Assembly: GCA_963813935.1 (NCBI GenBank)
Contig: CAWFAR010000005.1
Coordinates: forward strand, 376,944-440,943
DNA from: an uncultured Actinomycetota bacterium
GTDB lineage: Bacteria > Actinomycetota > Actinomycetes > Mycobacteriales > Mycobacteriaceae
Direction: 5' to 3'
Length of the DNA: 64,000 nucleotides
The notes under the pieces were generated by a model. That model did no database searches. It had not been told where the DNA came from and saw only the letters and a program-made list of their open reading frames with translations. This document shows positions 37,689-47,632 of the stretch, piece by piece. Every line of letters starts with the position of its first letter. The first letter of the stretch is position 1. Position numbers and translations under genes: made by a program.

Positions 37689-38882
37689 ATGGATTTCTCC
37701 CGGGTTGAGCTGTCCGATGCGGACTAGGCCTTCCGCGACGAAGCGCGGAGCTTTCTGGGTACACACATGACCGAAGAGGTCAGGCGGCGAGACCGTGAGA
37801 CCGGCGACAATTTCGACGAGGGTCTGCACCTTAAGCTCGGCGACGCAGGTTATTTGGCCAAGGAGTGGAAGCCCGCATCAGAAGGCGGGTTCAGCCGAGT
37901 GCGCCGCCGCATCTGGGAGCTGGAGAAGCGGCGGGCGCACGTGCCGTGGGTGACGTGGGGGACCACCGCTATGGTGGCGCGTTCGGTGGCGAAGTTCGGG
38001 TCACCGGAAGTCCGCGATGAGGTACTGCCGAAGGTCTTCAGCGGCGAGGTTCGGCTGTGCCTGGGTTACACCGAACCCGAAGGTGGCTCCGACGTCGCCA
38101 CCTGCAAGACCCGTGCGGTGCGCGATGGTGATGCGTGGATCATCAACGGATCCAAGATGTTCACCACCGGTGCGCACAACTGCCAGTACGTGTTTCTGAT
38201 CACCAACACCGCCCCGGATGCGCCGAAACACAAGAGCCTGACCATGTTTCTGGTCCCGCTGGATACCCCGGGCATCGAAATTCAAGGTATCCGCACCGTG
38301 GACGGCGACCGTACCAACATCGTCTACTACAGTGACGTTCGCGTTGACGACAAGTATCGGCTGGGGGACGTGAACGCGGGCTGGACCGTGCTGCGCGAGC
38401 CACTTAACACCGAGCATGGTGCAGTCGCTGCCGCACCCGACGGCTTGCAGGACCCCTCGATCATGATGCACCAGGCTGGTTCTATGGCCGAGGCGGTGGA
38501 TAAGGCCGTAATGCGCGTGATGCAGCCCGATCCCGACGGCCGCCGGCTGGTCGACGAGGGGTCGGTCGCATATCGACTGGGCCGAAGCTTGGCCCGAACG
38601 GAGGCGGCGCTATCCGCCCCGAACATCTACGGCCGGGTCGCTATCGCACAAACGATGCGGGACATCTCGCCGGACTTGATGGACTTACTCGGAGCAGCCT
38701 CGGCCCTGCCGTTCGGAACCGACGGGGCCGCCGACGACGGCAGCGCCGAATACGCCTACCGGTTCGCGCCTTTGGTGGGAATCTACGGTGGAACGCTGGA
38801 AGTGTTCCGAAACATGATCGGCCAGTACATGCTTGGGCTGGGTAAGCCCAACTACTCCCCGCCGCTGAAGAAAACGTCCTGA
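37689..38882 (+). pseudogene. Acyl-CoA dehydrogenase with an in-frame TAG at 37725-37727 (or N-terminally shortened from ATG 37767)
   Basis: ATG 37689 follows AGGAG and reads MDFSRVELSDAD-TAG-AFRDEARSFLGTHMTEEV, in the same frame as ORF 37767..38882. The rest has ACAD motifs (LGYTEPEGGSD). Confidence 0.65.
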
Positions 38883-38912
38883 TCCGCAACTGAAGGTCGC
38901 GCTGCGAAGCCC

Positions 38913-39635
38913 CTACGGCGACGCCGCGGCGCTCGTCGGCTGCGCGTCGCTCTTGAAGGCCTCGCGTCGGATCATTTCCCACACCGTCGGCGCGTGCTCG
39001 GTGGTGGAGACGACAACGGTCTTCCGTCTTGCGGTCCCGTCTTGGGCAAGCTTGACGAGGTAGTCCGCCAGGTCGATGCGAGCCGTGAATGCGCCGACCG
39101 GATCCACCTCTCCAGCAACATAATTCGTAGCCTGAGGCAAATCGAATAACCCCGACGGACGCACAATCGTCCAGACCAGGCCGCTCTCGCGCACCAACGC
39201 TTCCATCCGCCGGATGTCGTCGTAGACAGTCCTGCCGATGGTGCGGGTGATGATCGGCTCAAACAGCCGTAGCATCAGTGGCGCATCGCGCCGGCCGGGC
39301 GCAGGGTAGGCACCGGTGGAACTCACGACGATGAGCCGATTGACGCCGGTCTCGCGCATCGCGTTCACGACATTGCCGGTGCCGACCGAATACGTGTCGA
39401 CGGGCTGGCGGGTGAACGGCACACCGAGCGTCGACAGCACGGCGTCGGCGCCGGCGACAATCCCGGCGAGGCCATCGCGCCGCACGTCCGCGCCGGCGAT
39501 CGTCAGCCGCGGATCGGTGATGGGGAAGTCGTTGGGCCGCCGGGTCACGGCCACCGCCGAGTGACCGGCGTCGAGCACGCGCCGCGTCAGCAGCCGTCCG
39601 GTCATGCCATTGGCGCCGAAGATTACGATTTGCAT
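38913..39635 (-). CDS. NAD(P)H-binding (atypical SDR / BVR-B-like) protein
   Basis: ATG 39635 follows GAAGGAG. MQIVIFGANGMTGRLL is a Rossmann N-terminus. Confidence 0.75.
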   Translation of the reverse strand: MQIVIFGANGMTGRLLTRRVLDAGHSAVAVTRRPNDFPITDPRLTIAGADVRRDGLAGIVAGADAVLSTLGVPFTRQPVDTYSVGTGNVVNAMRETGVNRLIVVSSTGAYPAPGRRDAPLMLRLFEPIITRTIGRTVYDDIRRMEALVRESGLVWTIVRPSGLFDLPQATNYVAGEVDPVGAFTARIDLADYLVKLAQDGTARRKTVVVSTTEHAPTVWEMIRREAFKSDAQPTSAAASP

Positions 39636-39652
39636 GAGCACTCCTTCGATAG

Positions 39653-40084
39653 TTACCGGCGGCGGATTGCCGCCGTGTGCCGCTGGGGCAGAGCGGGGAT
39701 CAGGACCGCAGCGGCGACACAGTGCAGCGCGGTCAACATGAGTTGGGTGCCTAGGTTCGCGGTCGTCCAGAAGACCGGCACGATGGATACCACCAGAACG
39801 ACCAGGGTCAGCGCGATCCAGACGCCCCGGGGGGATGAGGCGTAGCGCTCCAGCAGCGCGATCACGACCCAGCCAGCTATTCCCGCGGCCACGGTGGCGA
39901 CAATCGTCAGCGCGAGGGTGATTTCCCGGGTGCCGATCGGCGTATCCACGATGTAGTCAACGTGGGCCATCCGCCCCAGGAGCCACGCCAGACCGGTTGC
40001 CGTGGCGGCGATCGCGATCGCGACGACCCGACCGGCACGCCCCCGAGCGTTGCGGACCACCAGTTGTGCAGCCATATGCGACAT
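39653..40084 (-). CDS. Integral membrane protein (about 4 TM segments)
   Basis: 143 aa with four hydrophobic stretches. No family recognised with certainty. Confidence 0.6.
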   Translation of the reverse strand: MSHMAAQLVVRNARGRAGRVVAIAIAATATGLAWLLGRMAHVDYIVDTPIGTREITLALTIVATVAAGIAGWVVIALLERYASSPRGVWIALTLVVLVVSIVPVFWTTANLGTQLMLTALHCVAAAVLIPALPQRHTAAIRRR

Positions 40085-40205
40085 CGCAATTCCTTTCGGC
40101 GAGCTGCTCTACGGGCAAGCGCTTATTGCCTGCTCGCTACTACGACGAAACGGGCCCGGCGAAAGTTACAGGCGGTCTGCGATGGTGGGCTCCCCGTCGC
40201 CGAAC

Positions 40206-40251
40206 GTGCACTCAGTGCGAGAAATCAGCCCACTTTTCGCACTGAGTGCAC
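40206..40251 (-). terminator. Strong stem-loop downstream of the P450 / CoA-transferase / thiolase-like operon
   Basis: GTGCACTCAGTGCGA (40206-40220) and TCGCACTGAGTGCAC (40237-40251) are perfect 15-nt complements, extendable by AAA/TTT. The hairpin starts 13 nt after the stop at 40264. There is no U-tract, as is common in mycobacteria. Confidence 0.6.
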
Positions 40252-40263
40252 GCTCGGCGAAGG

Positions 40264-41409
40264 TCAGGTCGTCAATATCGTGGCGGCGGCGGTGCCGGGC
40301 GCGCCGTAAACCTGCGCGAAGCCGACTTGCGGAGATCCGGGAACCTGGCGGTCACCGGCCTCACCCCGCAATTGGCGCACCAGTTCATGCACCTGGCGCA
40401 GCCCGGACGCCCCGATGGGTTCGCCGTTTGCGATCAGCCCGCCGTCGGTGTTGACCGGCATCGCGCCGGTGATCTCGGTGGCCCCGTCGGCCAACAGTTT
40501 TTCCTGCTCGCCGTCGGCGCAAAATCCAGCTTCGGCCATATGGATCACCTCCGCGCCGGCGTCGGTGTCCTGGAGCTGGATGACGTCGACCTCCTCGGGA
40601 GCCACACCGGCCCTCTCGAACGCGGCCTTGGCGGCGTAGACGGTCGGCGACACGTCCTCGTCAACCGGTGCGTAGGTGGTGTTCACCTCGTAGGCGCCGT
40701 AGCGGCGGGTGCGGATCTCGACCGCGCGGACGTACACGGGTTTGGCGGTGAATCGCTGCGCGATGTCGGCGCGGCACATGACGACCGCGGCGGCGCCCTC
40801 ATCGGGGGTGCAGAACATGTACTGGGTCAGCGGGTAGTTCAGTATAGGCGAGTTGAGGATCGCTTCCTCGGAGATCGGCTTGCGGCGAAACGCGTTGGGG
40901 TTCAACGCTCCATTGCGGAAGTTCTTGGCTGCGACCCTGGCGAGCGTGCCGGTTGAGATGCCGTGGTCGTGCAGGTAGCGGTTGGCCTTCATGCCGAAAA
41001 ACTTGGTGGTCAGGTACTGGCCGTTCTCGGCGTACCAGCTCGGCATGCCGACCAGCGCCGGGTCTTCGGTGAAGGCACCGCGCGGGTGCTTATCCATTCC
41101 GATCGCGATGCCGATGTCGTAGTCGCCCAACCGAATACCGTCGGCGCACGCCTTGGTCGCGCTGGCCGCCGTCGCGCAGGCGTTGAACACATCGGTGAAC
41201 GGGATCCCGGTGAGGCCCACCATGCCGACGATTGCGTCCGGGTTGGCCACCGTCCAGCTGCCACCGACCGCGAACTGGATGTCCTTCCATTCGACGCCGG
41301 CGTCGGCGAGCGCGAGCCCGACGGCGTCGGCGGCCATCTCCATGGCGGACTTGCCCTCGAAGCGGCCGAACGGATGCAGGCCCACCCCGATGATGGCTAC
41401 ATCGTTCAC
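40264..41409 (-). CDS. Thiolase-like lipid-transfer protein (SCP-x/Ltp type)
   Basis: The GTG 41409 start overlaps the CoA-transferase stop (GTGA). [17 protein letters not shown]...NACATAASA...[17 protein letters not shown] is typical of Ltp-type thiolases. The upstream part of the track ORF is spurious. Confidence 0.85.
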   Translation of the reverse strand: MNDVAIIGVGLHPFGRFEGKSAMEMAADAVGLALADAGVEWKDIQFAVGGSWTVANPDAIVGMVGLTGIPFTDVFNACATAASATKACADGIRLGDYDIGIAIGMDKHPRGAFTEDPALVGMPSWYAENGQYLTTKFFGMKANRYLHDHGISTGTLARVAAKNFRNGALNPNAFRRKPISEEAILNSPILNYPLTQYMFCTPDEGAAAVVMCRADIAQRFTAKPVYVRAVEIRTRRYGAYEVNTTYAPVDEDVSPTVYAAKAAFERAGVAPEEVDVIQLQDTDAGAEVIHMAEAGFCADGEQEKLLADGATEITGAMPVNTDGGLIANGEPIGASGLRQVHELVRQLRGEAGDRQVPGSPQVGFAQVYGAPGTAAATILTT

Positions 41410-42635
41410 GCTATGGCTCCCGCTTGCTTGAGTTCTTCGATGCGGTCCCAGTCCATGCCAATCTCCATCAGCACCAGTTCGGTGTGCTCCGACGCCTGCG
41501 GGGCCCGGGTGGTCACCAGCGGTTCGTGGTTGAACTGGACGGGACCGCGCACGACTTTGAACGGCGCGCCGCCGCTGGCGAGCTCGACCTCGACGATCAT
41601 GTCGTTGGCGATGGCCTGCTCGTCGTCTGCGAGGTCGATGAGGCTCTGGAACGGCGCCCACTGACCCTTCATCGTCTTCAGGTGCTGCCGCCAGTAGTCA
41701 AACGGCTTGGCGGCGACGGCCTTCGCGATCAACTCGGCGGCGGCATCCGCGTTTTGGATCAACGGGAGCACCTCGGAGAAGCGGGGATCGTCGGCGGCCT
41801 CCGGGATGCCGAGGTGCTCGAAGGTGTCGCGGATCAGCCCGGTCGGGCTGATGATGCACAGGTTGATCGTGCCGCCGTCGGAGGTCAGGTAGTTGCCCAT
41901 GAAGGGGTTCACCGACATCGCGGTGGCGGAGCCGGGCATGGGCGTGCGCATGACCTCACCCGTCTCCATGCCCTGCGTCATGCTCGCCCCCGCCGCCCAC
42001 CAGGCCGTGCTCAGCAGCGACACGTCGAGCTCGAGGGCTTCGCCGGTGCGCTCGCGGTGCAGCAACGCGGCCGAGATGCCGCCGGCGATGAACATGCCGC
42101 CGATGGAGTCGCCGAATGCGGGAATGCCTTGTCCCAGTGCGCCGCCCAACTCCTCCGGCGTCAGCGCGTACCCGACGCCGCTGCGGGTCCAGAACGCCGT
42201 CCCGTCATAGCCGCCGACGTCACGCTCGGCGCCCTTGTCGCCGTAGGCCGAGCCGCGGGCATAGATGATGTTCGGGTTCGCCGCTCGGATGTGCTCGACG
42301 TCGAACTTGTGCTTCTGGCGCTGCGCGGGCTTGTAGTTGGTCAGGAAGACGTCGGAGGTCTTGGCCAGTTCGTAGATCACTTCCTGGCCGCCCGGCGTGG
42401 AAACATCGATGCCGACGCTGCGCTTGCCCCGGTTGGGATGCTCCATCAGCGGATGCCGGTCCGGGTTGACCTGAATGCCGCCCATGTTGAGAAAGCCGCG
42501 CTGGGTATCGCCGCGCACCGGGTGCTCGACCTTGAGGACGTCCGCGCCCCAGTCGGCGAGGATGGCCCCCGCCGCCGGGACGAATGTGAACTGCGCGAGC
42601 TCCAGGACCCGAAAGCCCTCCATTACCTTGATCAA
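41406..42635 (-). CDS. Family III CoA-transferase (CaiB/BaiF)
   Basis: 409 aa. [35 protein letters not shown] is a typical N-terminus. Confidence 0.85.
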   Translation of the reverse strand: MIKVMEGFRVLELAQFTFVPAAGAILADWGADVLKVEHPVRGDTQRGFLNMGGIQVNPDRHPLMEHPNRGKRSVGIDVSTPGGQEVIYELAKTSDVFLTNYKPAQRQKHKFDVEHIRAANPNIIYARGSAYGDKGAERDVGGYDGTAFWTRSGVGYALTPEELGGALGQGIPAFGDSIGGMFIAGGISAALLHRERTGEALELDVSLLSTAWWAAGASMTQGMETGEVMRTPMPGSATAMSVNPFMGNYLTSDGGTINLCIISPTGLIRDTFEHLGIPEAADDPRFSEVLPLIQNADAAAELIAKAVAAKPFDYWRQHLKTMKGQWAPFQSLIDLADDEQAIANDMIVEVELASGGAPFKVVRGPVQFNHEPLVTTRAPQASEHTELVLMEIGMDWDRIEELKQAGAIA

Positions 42636-42647
42636 TTCAGCCCTCCA

Positions 42648-43856
42648 CTACTTGGCGTCGAACGTGACCGGCAGGGCCGTCGGCGAACGGAAGGGTTGTC
42701 CGTGGATATGCGGGTCGGCGTCGGTCACCAGGCTCACGTTAGTCAACCGATTCAGCAGGCATCCGAGCGCGACGCGGGTTTCCAGCCGCGCCAGGTGAAG
42801 GCCCAAACATGTGTGCTCGCCGGCAGCGAAGGAGATGTGCGGCATGTGCTTGCGGAAGATGTCGAATTCTTCCGAATGTTCCCAGCGTTGTTCGTCGCGA
42901 TTCGCCGAACCGATGCATACGCCGATCACCGAGCGTGCCGGAATCTCAACACCTTCCACTTCGGTGTCTTCGGTTGTGAACCGCTGCACGGTGGTCAGGG
43001 GCGTCTCGAAGCGCAGCCCTTCCTCGATGGCCTGGGGGATCAGTTCGCGGTCGGCTTGCAGCGCGGCGAATTGGTCCGGATGGGTGAGAAGCAGATTCAG
43101 CAGATTGCCCGAGGACCGGTAGGTGGTCTCCAATCCGGCGGGCAGCAGCAGACGCAAAAAGGAGTAGATGGCTTCGTCGCTGAGTTTTTCGCCGTCGATT
43201 TCGGCGGTGACAAGGTCGCCGATGATGTCCTCGGTGGGCTTGGATTTGCGCTGCTCGATCTGCTGGACGAAGTAATCCTTGAGCGCCGCCGACGCCTCGA
43301 AGGCCCGTTCATAGTTGACGTGATAGCTGATCAACTCCACTGCGCGCTTGTGGAACGTCTCGAGGTCTTCGTCGGGCAGACCGAGCAGTCGGGCGATGAC
43401 CCGGGTAGGGAACTCGAAGGTGAAATTCCGGACCAGGTCGGCTTCACCGGTGTTGATGAATTCGTCGATCAGTGCATTGCAGACCGGCCGCACAATGGCG
43501 GGCTCCCACTGAGCCAGCGCTTTGGACTTGAATGCCGCGGACACCAGGTTGCGATGATCGCGATGCTTCTTTCCCTCCATCGCCAGGATGGTGGGCCCCA
43601 TGAACAGACCAATTGTCTTGTCGTATGGCTCGGAGCTGAACACCCGGCCGTCGCGAAACACCGTGTTGACCGCGTTGAACGACATCGCCGAGTACTCCCG
43701 CTTAGGCATCAGGGACTCGGGCGTCTTCGAGTAGTCCATGACGGTGCCGCGGAACACGCCGGCCTGCCGGCGCTTATGGGCGAAGAACGGGTAGGGGTCG
43801 CGCAGGCTGACGGTTTCGTCGCCGGTGCCGGCGGCGGTGTGAACGTTGGTCGTCAC
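42648..43856 (-). CDS. Cytochrome P450
   Basis: The heme loop is FAAGEHTCLGLHLA, with EGLRFETP (ExxR) and LLLPAGLETT (I-helix). Start chosen at GTG 43856 after GGAGA. The ORF is open to TTG 43889. Confidence 0.85.
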   Translation of the reverse strand: MTTNVHTAAGTGDETVSLRDPYPFFAHKRRQAGVFRGTVMDYSKTPESLMPKREYSAMSFNAVNTVFRDGRVFSSEPYDKTIGLFMGPTILAMEGKKHRDHRNLVSAAFKSKALAQWEPAIVRPVCNALIDEFINTGEADLVRNFTFEFPTRVIARLLGLPDEDLETFHKRAVELISYHVNYERAFEASAALKDYFVQQIEQRKSKPTEDIIGDLVTAEIDGEKLSDEAIYSFLRLLLPAGLETTYRSSGNLLNLLLTHPDQFAALQADRELIPQAIEEGLRFETPLTTVQRFTTEDTEVEGVEIPARSVIGVCIGSANRDEQRWEHSEEFDIFRKHMPHISFAAGEHTCLGLHLARLETRVALGCLLNRLTNVSLVTDADPHIHGQPFRSPTALPVTFDAK

Positions 43857-43905
43857 CTGATCTCCAACATCATGACCTTGAACGGGCAATCCTTGCGTAA
43901 GATCG

Positions 43906-43930
43906 TACTGTAATTCTTACAGTAGGCAAT
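43906..43930. promoter_or_regulatory. Recurrent promoter/operator motif, site b (perfect palindrome)
   Basis: TACTGTAA-TTC-TTACAGTA at 43906-43924, followed by GGCAAT (43925-43930). The 13-mer TACAGTAGGCAAT is identical to the one in site a. It lies 50-75 nt upstream of the P450 start. Confidence 0.5.
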
Positions 43931-43954
43931 ATGGGCGTGACCCGTACGTTGACC

Positions 43955-44276
43955 TCAGCGGCCGGCGCGGGTCGGACCGAAATTCGCCAGTCGCGCGGCG
44001 CGGGCCAGAAGGCCTTCATATCCCGCACCGAGGAGGCGGGGCATCGCTGCCATGGCGCGTCCGTCGGGCCCGATGAGTATCCTGGCGCGGTTTTTGTCGG
44101 TTCCCCAACGTCGTGACTTGGCCGGGGCGGCAAGCTGCTTGAGTTTCGGCCAGACCCTATTGGTCGATGTCGGATGCTGCGACGTGTGCCCCGTCCTGAG
44201 TTAGCGCACACGTCAATGCGCGGCCGATACCGGAGCCGGCACCAGTGACGACGGCGACGCGGTCTTGGTATTTCAT
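43955..44276 (-). pseudogene. SDR remnant: N-terminal about 40 aa, an in-frame TAG, an internal deletion and a C-terminal tail in another frame
   Basis: The N-terminus is MKYQDRVAVVTGAGSGIGRALTCALTQDGAHVAASDIDQ, followed by TAG (44157-44159) and GLAETQAA. Another frame reads ...GTDKNRARILIGPDGRAMAAMPRLLGAGYEGLLARAARLANFGPTRAGR, an SDR C-terminal tail. The catalytic core of about 170 aa is missing. The start overlaps the FadD stop (ATGA). Confidence 0.6.
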
Positions 44277-45925
44277 GCGTTCATCGCCTGCTCTCGTGCC
44301 CACCGGTAGTCGGCCTTGCCCGACGGGCTGCGCTCGATGACCGGACGAAACACGATCGCCTTGGGAAGCTTGTAGCGTGCCAGAGACTGTCCGGCGTGGG
44401 CGACTAGTTCGTCGGCGCTGGTGTCGGCGCCTTCGGCTAGCGCGACGACCGCAACGACCTCCTGCCCCCACCGCTCGCTCGGCCGTCCGGCGACCACCAC
44501 GTCGGCCACCGCGGGATGCGACGCGATCGCGGTTTCCACCTCCTCGACGAAGATCTTCTCGCCGCCGGAATTGATCGTCACCGAGTCGCGGCCCAGCAAC
44601 TCGATGCTGCCGTCGGCGCGGTGGCGTGCCCGGTCGCCGGGGATCGCATAGCGCACGCCATCGATCACCGGGAATGTCGCGGCGGTCTTGGCCGCGTCAC
44701 CCTTGTAGCCGAGCGGAACGTAGCCTCGCTGCGCCAGCCAGCCCATCCCGTCGTGACCGGGTTGCAGGATCGCGGCCAAATCGTCGGCCGCCACGAAGGT
44801 GTCCGGTCCGGCGTTGAAGGTGCCGGTCGATACCGCCCCCGAGGTCGACAGGTGGTGCATCTGCGCACCGGTCTCCGAGGATCCGACGCCATCGATGACG
44901 ACGGCGTTGGGCAGCGCTTCGATCAAGCGCTGCTTGACAAACGGGGTCAGCAAGGCGCCGCCATTGGCAACAACGGCCAACGACGAGACGTCTGCGATGC
45001 GTTTCTCGATGGCGGCGACAAGCGGCCGCGCCATCGCGTCACCTACTACGGTCACCACGGACACTCGCTCACGCTCGATGGTGCGGACCACGTCGTCGGC
45101 GTCGAAATGATCGACGACCGAGGGAAAGACGACGGACTGCCCGGTTGTGATTGCCGTCATCACACTCCACTGGGCCGCACCGTGGATCAGCGGTGGCAAG
45201 ATCATCAACTTGCTGCCGGGGCCCGCGACGACCCCCGCCGCGATCTCGTCGACAGAGCCGAAGGGTTCGCCGGTCATGAGATTGCGCCCGCCGAACGACG
45301 TCATGAAGATGTCGTGCTGGCGCCACAGCACGCCCTTTGGCATCCCAGTGGTGCCACCGGTGTACAGGACGTACAAGTCATCGGGTGAATGCTGCACCGG
45401 TGGTGGCGAAGGCGAGCTGGATGCGATGACGGTCTCGTAATCCACTGCGCCGTAGACCAAGTCGTTACCGGAGTAGTCGGCGATCTGAATCAGCACGCGT
45501 AGCTGCGGAAGATCCGGAAGCACTTCGGCTACTCGTGGCGCAAACGCGGAATGGTAGATCAGCGCGGTCGCCCCCGAGTCCGCCAGCAGATACTGCAGCT
45601 CACTTTTGACATACCGGAAGTTGACGTTGAACGGCGCAACTCGCGCTCCGAATGTGCCGAGCAACGCCTCGACGAATTCATTTCCGTTGTAGGCGTAGAT
45701 GCCAAGTAGGTCCTGGCCCACCTCATGGCCGGCAATCGCGGAGCGCTCGGTGTGGCATCCCAGTCCCCGCGAGTGCAGATATGCGGCGAGTCGGTTCGAT
45801 CGCTGAATCACCTCGGCGTAGCTGTAGCGCTGCTCGCCCTGAATCAGCAGCTCCCGACCAGGAATCGCGGCTGCGACGGCTTTCGCGACGGCTGGCACCG
45901 TGAATTGTGTTGCGGTGTCGGTCAT
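44273..45925 (-). CDS. Acyl-CoA synthetase (FadD3/17/19-like clade, by motif recollection)
   Basis: YTGGTTGMPKGVLWRQHDIF, DGVGSSETG and PSGKADYRWAREQ are present. Start chosen at ATG 45925, which overlaps the upstream stop (ATGA). The ORF is open to 45937. Confidence 0.85.
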   Translation of the reverse strand: MTDTATQFTVPAVAKAVAAAIPGRELLIQGEQRYSYAEVIQRSNRLAAYLHSRGLGCHTERSAIAGHEVGQDLLGIYAYNGNEFVEALLGTFGARVAPFNVNFRYVKSELQYLLADSGATALIYHSAFAPRVAEVLPDLPQLRVLIQIADYSGNDLVYGAVDYETVIASSSPSPPPVQHSPDDLYVLYTGGTTGMPKGVLWRQHDIFMTSFGGRNLMTGEPFGSVDEIAAGVVAGPGSKLMILPPLIHGAAQWSVMTAITTGQSVVFPSVVDHFDADDVVRTIERERVSVVTVVGDAMARPLVAAIEKRIADVSSLAVVANGGALLTPFVKQRLIEALPNAVVIDGVGSSETGAQMHHLSTSGAVSTGTFNAGPDTFVAADDLAAILQPGHDGMGWLAQRGYVPLGYKGDAAKTAATFPVIDGVRYAIPGDRARHRADGSIELLGRDSVTINSGGEKIFVEEVETAIASHPAVADVVVAGRPSERWGQEVVAVVALAEGADTSADELVAHAGQSLARYKLPKAIVFRPVIERSPSGKADYRWAREQAMNA

Positions 45926-46548
45926 GGCTGCCTCCATACCCGCAGCAGATCGTCGGTCGTGGTGATGGTCGCCAGCAGCGACAGGGTGTTGGCGATGATG
46001 GCCTCACCGTACTCGGTCGGTATGCCGGCGACGGCATCACGGGGCACGACGACGCGATAGGCGGCGTTGACCGCGTCCATGACGACGTTGGGTATCGCGA
46101 TATTCAGCGAAACACCGACCACCACGATGGTGGACACTCCGAGGTTCCGTAGCACCGCGTCGAGGTCGGTGCCCCCCATTGGCCCGACGCCATGCCACCT
46201 GCTCAGGACCAGATCCGTTGGCTCAGGACCTAATTCGGGCAGAACAGCTGCTCCGTGCGTGCCGGGTACGATGTCTACTTCGCCGCGTCCGAGGCTGAAA
46301 ATCTTGGCGTTGTGGTTGGAGCCGAGCCCATCGGGGCGTCGCTGCACCAAGCAATGCACGACGCGCACACCGGCCGCCCGCGCCGCCGGCAGCAGCCGCA
46401 CGATGTTGGGTAATGCAACACGGCGCGCTTCCTCGGCGAGTTGCGCCAGCCCGGCATTCGGGCCGATGACCGCGCCCTGGCATTCCTGGGTGACAATTGC
46501 GGTGTGCTCGGGCGCTACAAGTTCCGTTAGTTCAGTCATCTGCGTCAT
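45922..46548 (-). CDS. Isochorismatase-family cysteine hydrolase
   Basis: 208 aa. AIVTQECQ..., VVHCLVQRRPDG and the STIVVVGVSLNIAIPNVVMDA layout are typical. The start overlaps the Rieske gene stop (ATGA). Confidence 0.7.
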   Translation of the reverse strand: MTQMTELTELVAPEHTAIVTQECQGAVIGPNAGLAQLAEEARRVALPNIVRLLPAARAAGVRVVHCLVQRRPDGLGSNHNAKIFSLGRGEVDIVPGTHGAAVLPELGPEPTDLVLSRWHGVGPMGGTDLDAVLRNLGVSTIVVVGVSLNIAIPNVVMDAVNAAYRVVVPRDAVAGIPTEYGEAIIANTLSLLATITTTDDLLRVWRQP

Positions 46549-47549
46549 GACGTTTCAACGGGCGGCACGTCGTAGAACTGGGTAGCCCACTTACGCAGTG
46601 CCATATACCCTTTCGCGTCGACCTTGGACAGCGGCGGGTGTTCCACGTACTTCTGGTAGCGCCAGATTTCCAGATCGTCGAAGACGGTGGACAGGAACTG
46701 CTTCTCGATGAGCTCGCGCAGCTTGCCCTCCGGCACGTCGGAGGTGTCGCCGGGAAGCCGCGGCCACCAGATCGAGTAGTACAGGTCCGAACACTCATCA
46801 TCGACCGGCGTGCAAGTGAAAATCAGCCGATGATTCTGCGCGCCCTCAAACACGCTGATCGCCCCGCCCAGGCCGAACAAGTGGCTATGGAACCGCAACG
46901 CCAGATCCTCGGAGTTGTCGCTGCTGGCATCCGGCCAGCCCGCAATGAATTGCCATTCGTGGTCGACGATCTTCCAGTCCAGCACCCGCGGCGTCACCGT
47001 GGCGTGGTGCACGTACTCGAAATGGGCACTGTCGGGGGCGTTCTCCGCCACGATCTGCGGATGTACCGGTTCGCGCGCCGCGCGCCGGGAGAACTCCGGA
47101 TAGGCGCGGTAGTAGGCCGCCGGATCGGTCTCGAATTGGGGGAACTTTCCGAAGATGTCCGGCATTTCCCACTGCGGCTCCTTGCCGTCCGGCTGATGCC
47201 AGATGAACACGCAGTCGTACTGCTCCCGGACGGGAAACACCCGCAGCCGCAGCGCGCGGTTGGGTCGGTCCGGTTGGTAGGGAATGTATCGATTGGTTCC
47301 GTCCGGGCCCCAGCGCCACCCGTGGAAGGGGCACTCGACGCAGTCGCCGACCACGTTGCCGCCGTGGCCGATGTGGGCGCCGAGGTGTTTGCAGTGCGCC
47401 TCCAGGACGTGCAGTTCACCGTGCTCATCCCGATAGGCCACCAGATCCTCGCCGAAATAATGGAGCGGCCGCACCTCGCCAACCGGGAATTCGGGCGACC
47501 ACCCGACCATGAACCACCCGGTTACCTTCCAGGTGAAAGGCACTTTCAC
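46545..47549 (-). CDS. Rieske 2Fe-2S non-heme-iron oxygenase, KshA-like alpha subunit
   Basis: The Rieske motif is CKHLGAHIGHGG...CPFHGWRW and the mononuclear iron motif is NAPDSAHFEYVHH. Start chosen at GTG 47549 after GGGAGG. No reductase gene is adjacent. Confidence 0.8.
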   Translation of the reverse strand: MKVPFTWKVTGWFMVGWSPEFPVGEVRPLHYFGEDLVAYRDEHGELHVLEAHCKHLGAHIGHGGNVVGDCVECPFHGWRWGPDGTNRYIPYQPDRPNRALRLRVFPVREQYDCVFIWHQPDGKEPQWEMPDIFGKFPQFETDPAAYYRAYPEFSRRAAREPVHPQIVAENAPDSAHFEYVHHATVTPRVLDWKIVDHEWQFIAGWPDASSDNSEDLALRFHSHLFGLGGAISVFEGAQNHRLIFTCTPVDDECSDLYYSIWWPRLPGDTSDVPEGKLRELIEKQFLSTVFDDLEIWRYQKYVEHPPLSKVDAKGYMALRKWATQFYDVPPVETS

Positions 47550-47584
47550 GCCAGCGCCTCCCGTGATCGTTGATACTAAGTCCG

Positions 47585-47598
47585 TTACAGTATAGATT
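47585..47598 (+). promoter_or_regulatory. Recurrent promoter/operator motif, site c
   Basis: TTACAGTATAGATT lies in the 83-nt divergent Rieske/SnoaL intergenic region, 35 nt before ATG 47633. Confidence 0.4.
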
Positions 47599-47632
47599 TC
47601 AGCAGTTCGGTCAGTGCGCGGCAAGGAGTGAA

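Noticed and set aside
41424-43913. 829-aa plus-strand ORF, the longest in the window
   Set aside because: It is exactly antisense to the well-supported CoA-transferase and P450 genes. It is Arg/Gly/Ala/Asp-rich with no recognisable domain. Long stop-free antisense frames are expected in DNA this GC-rich.
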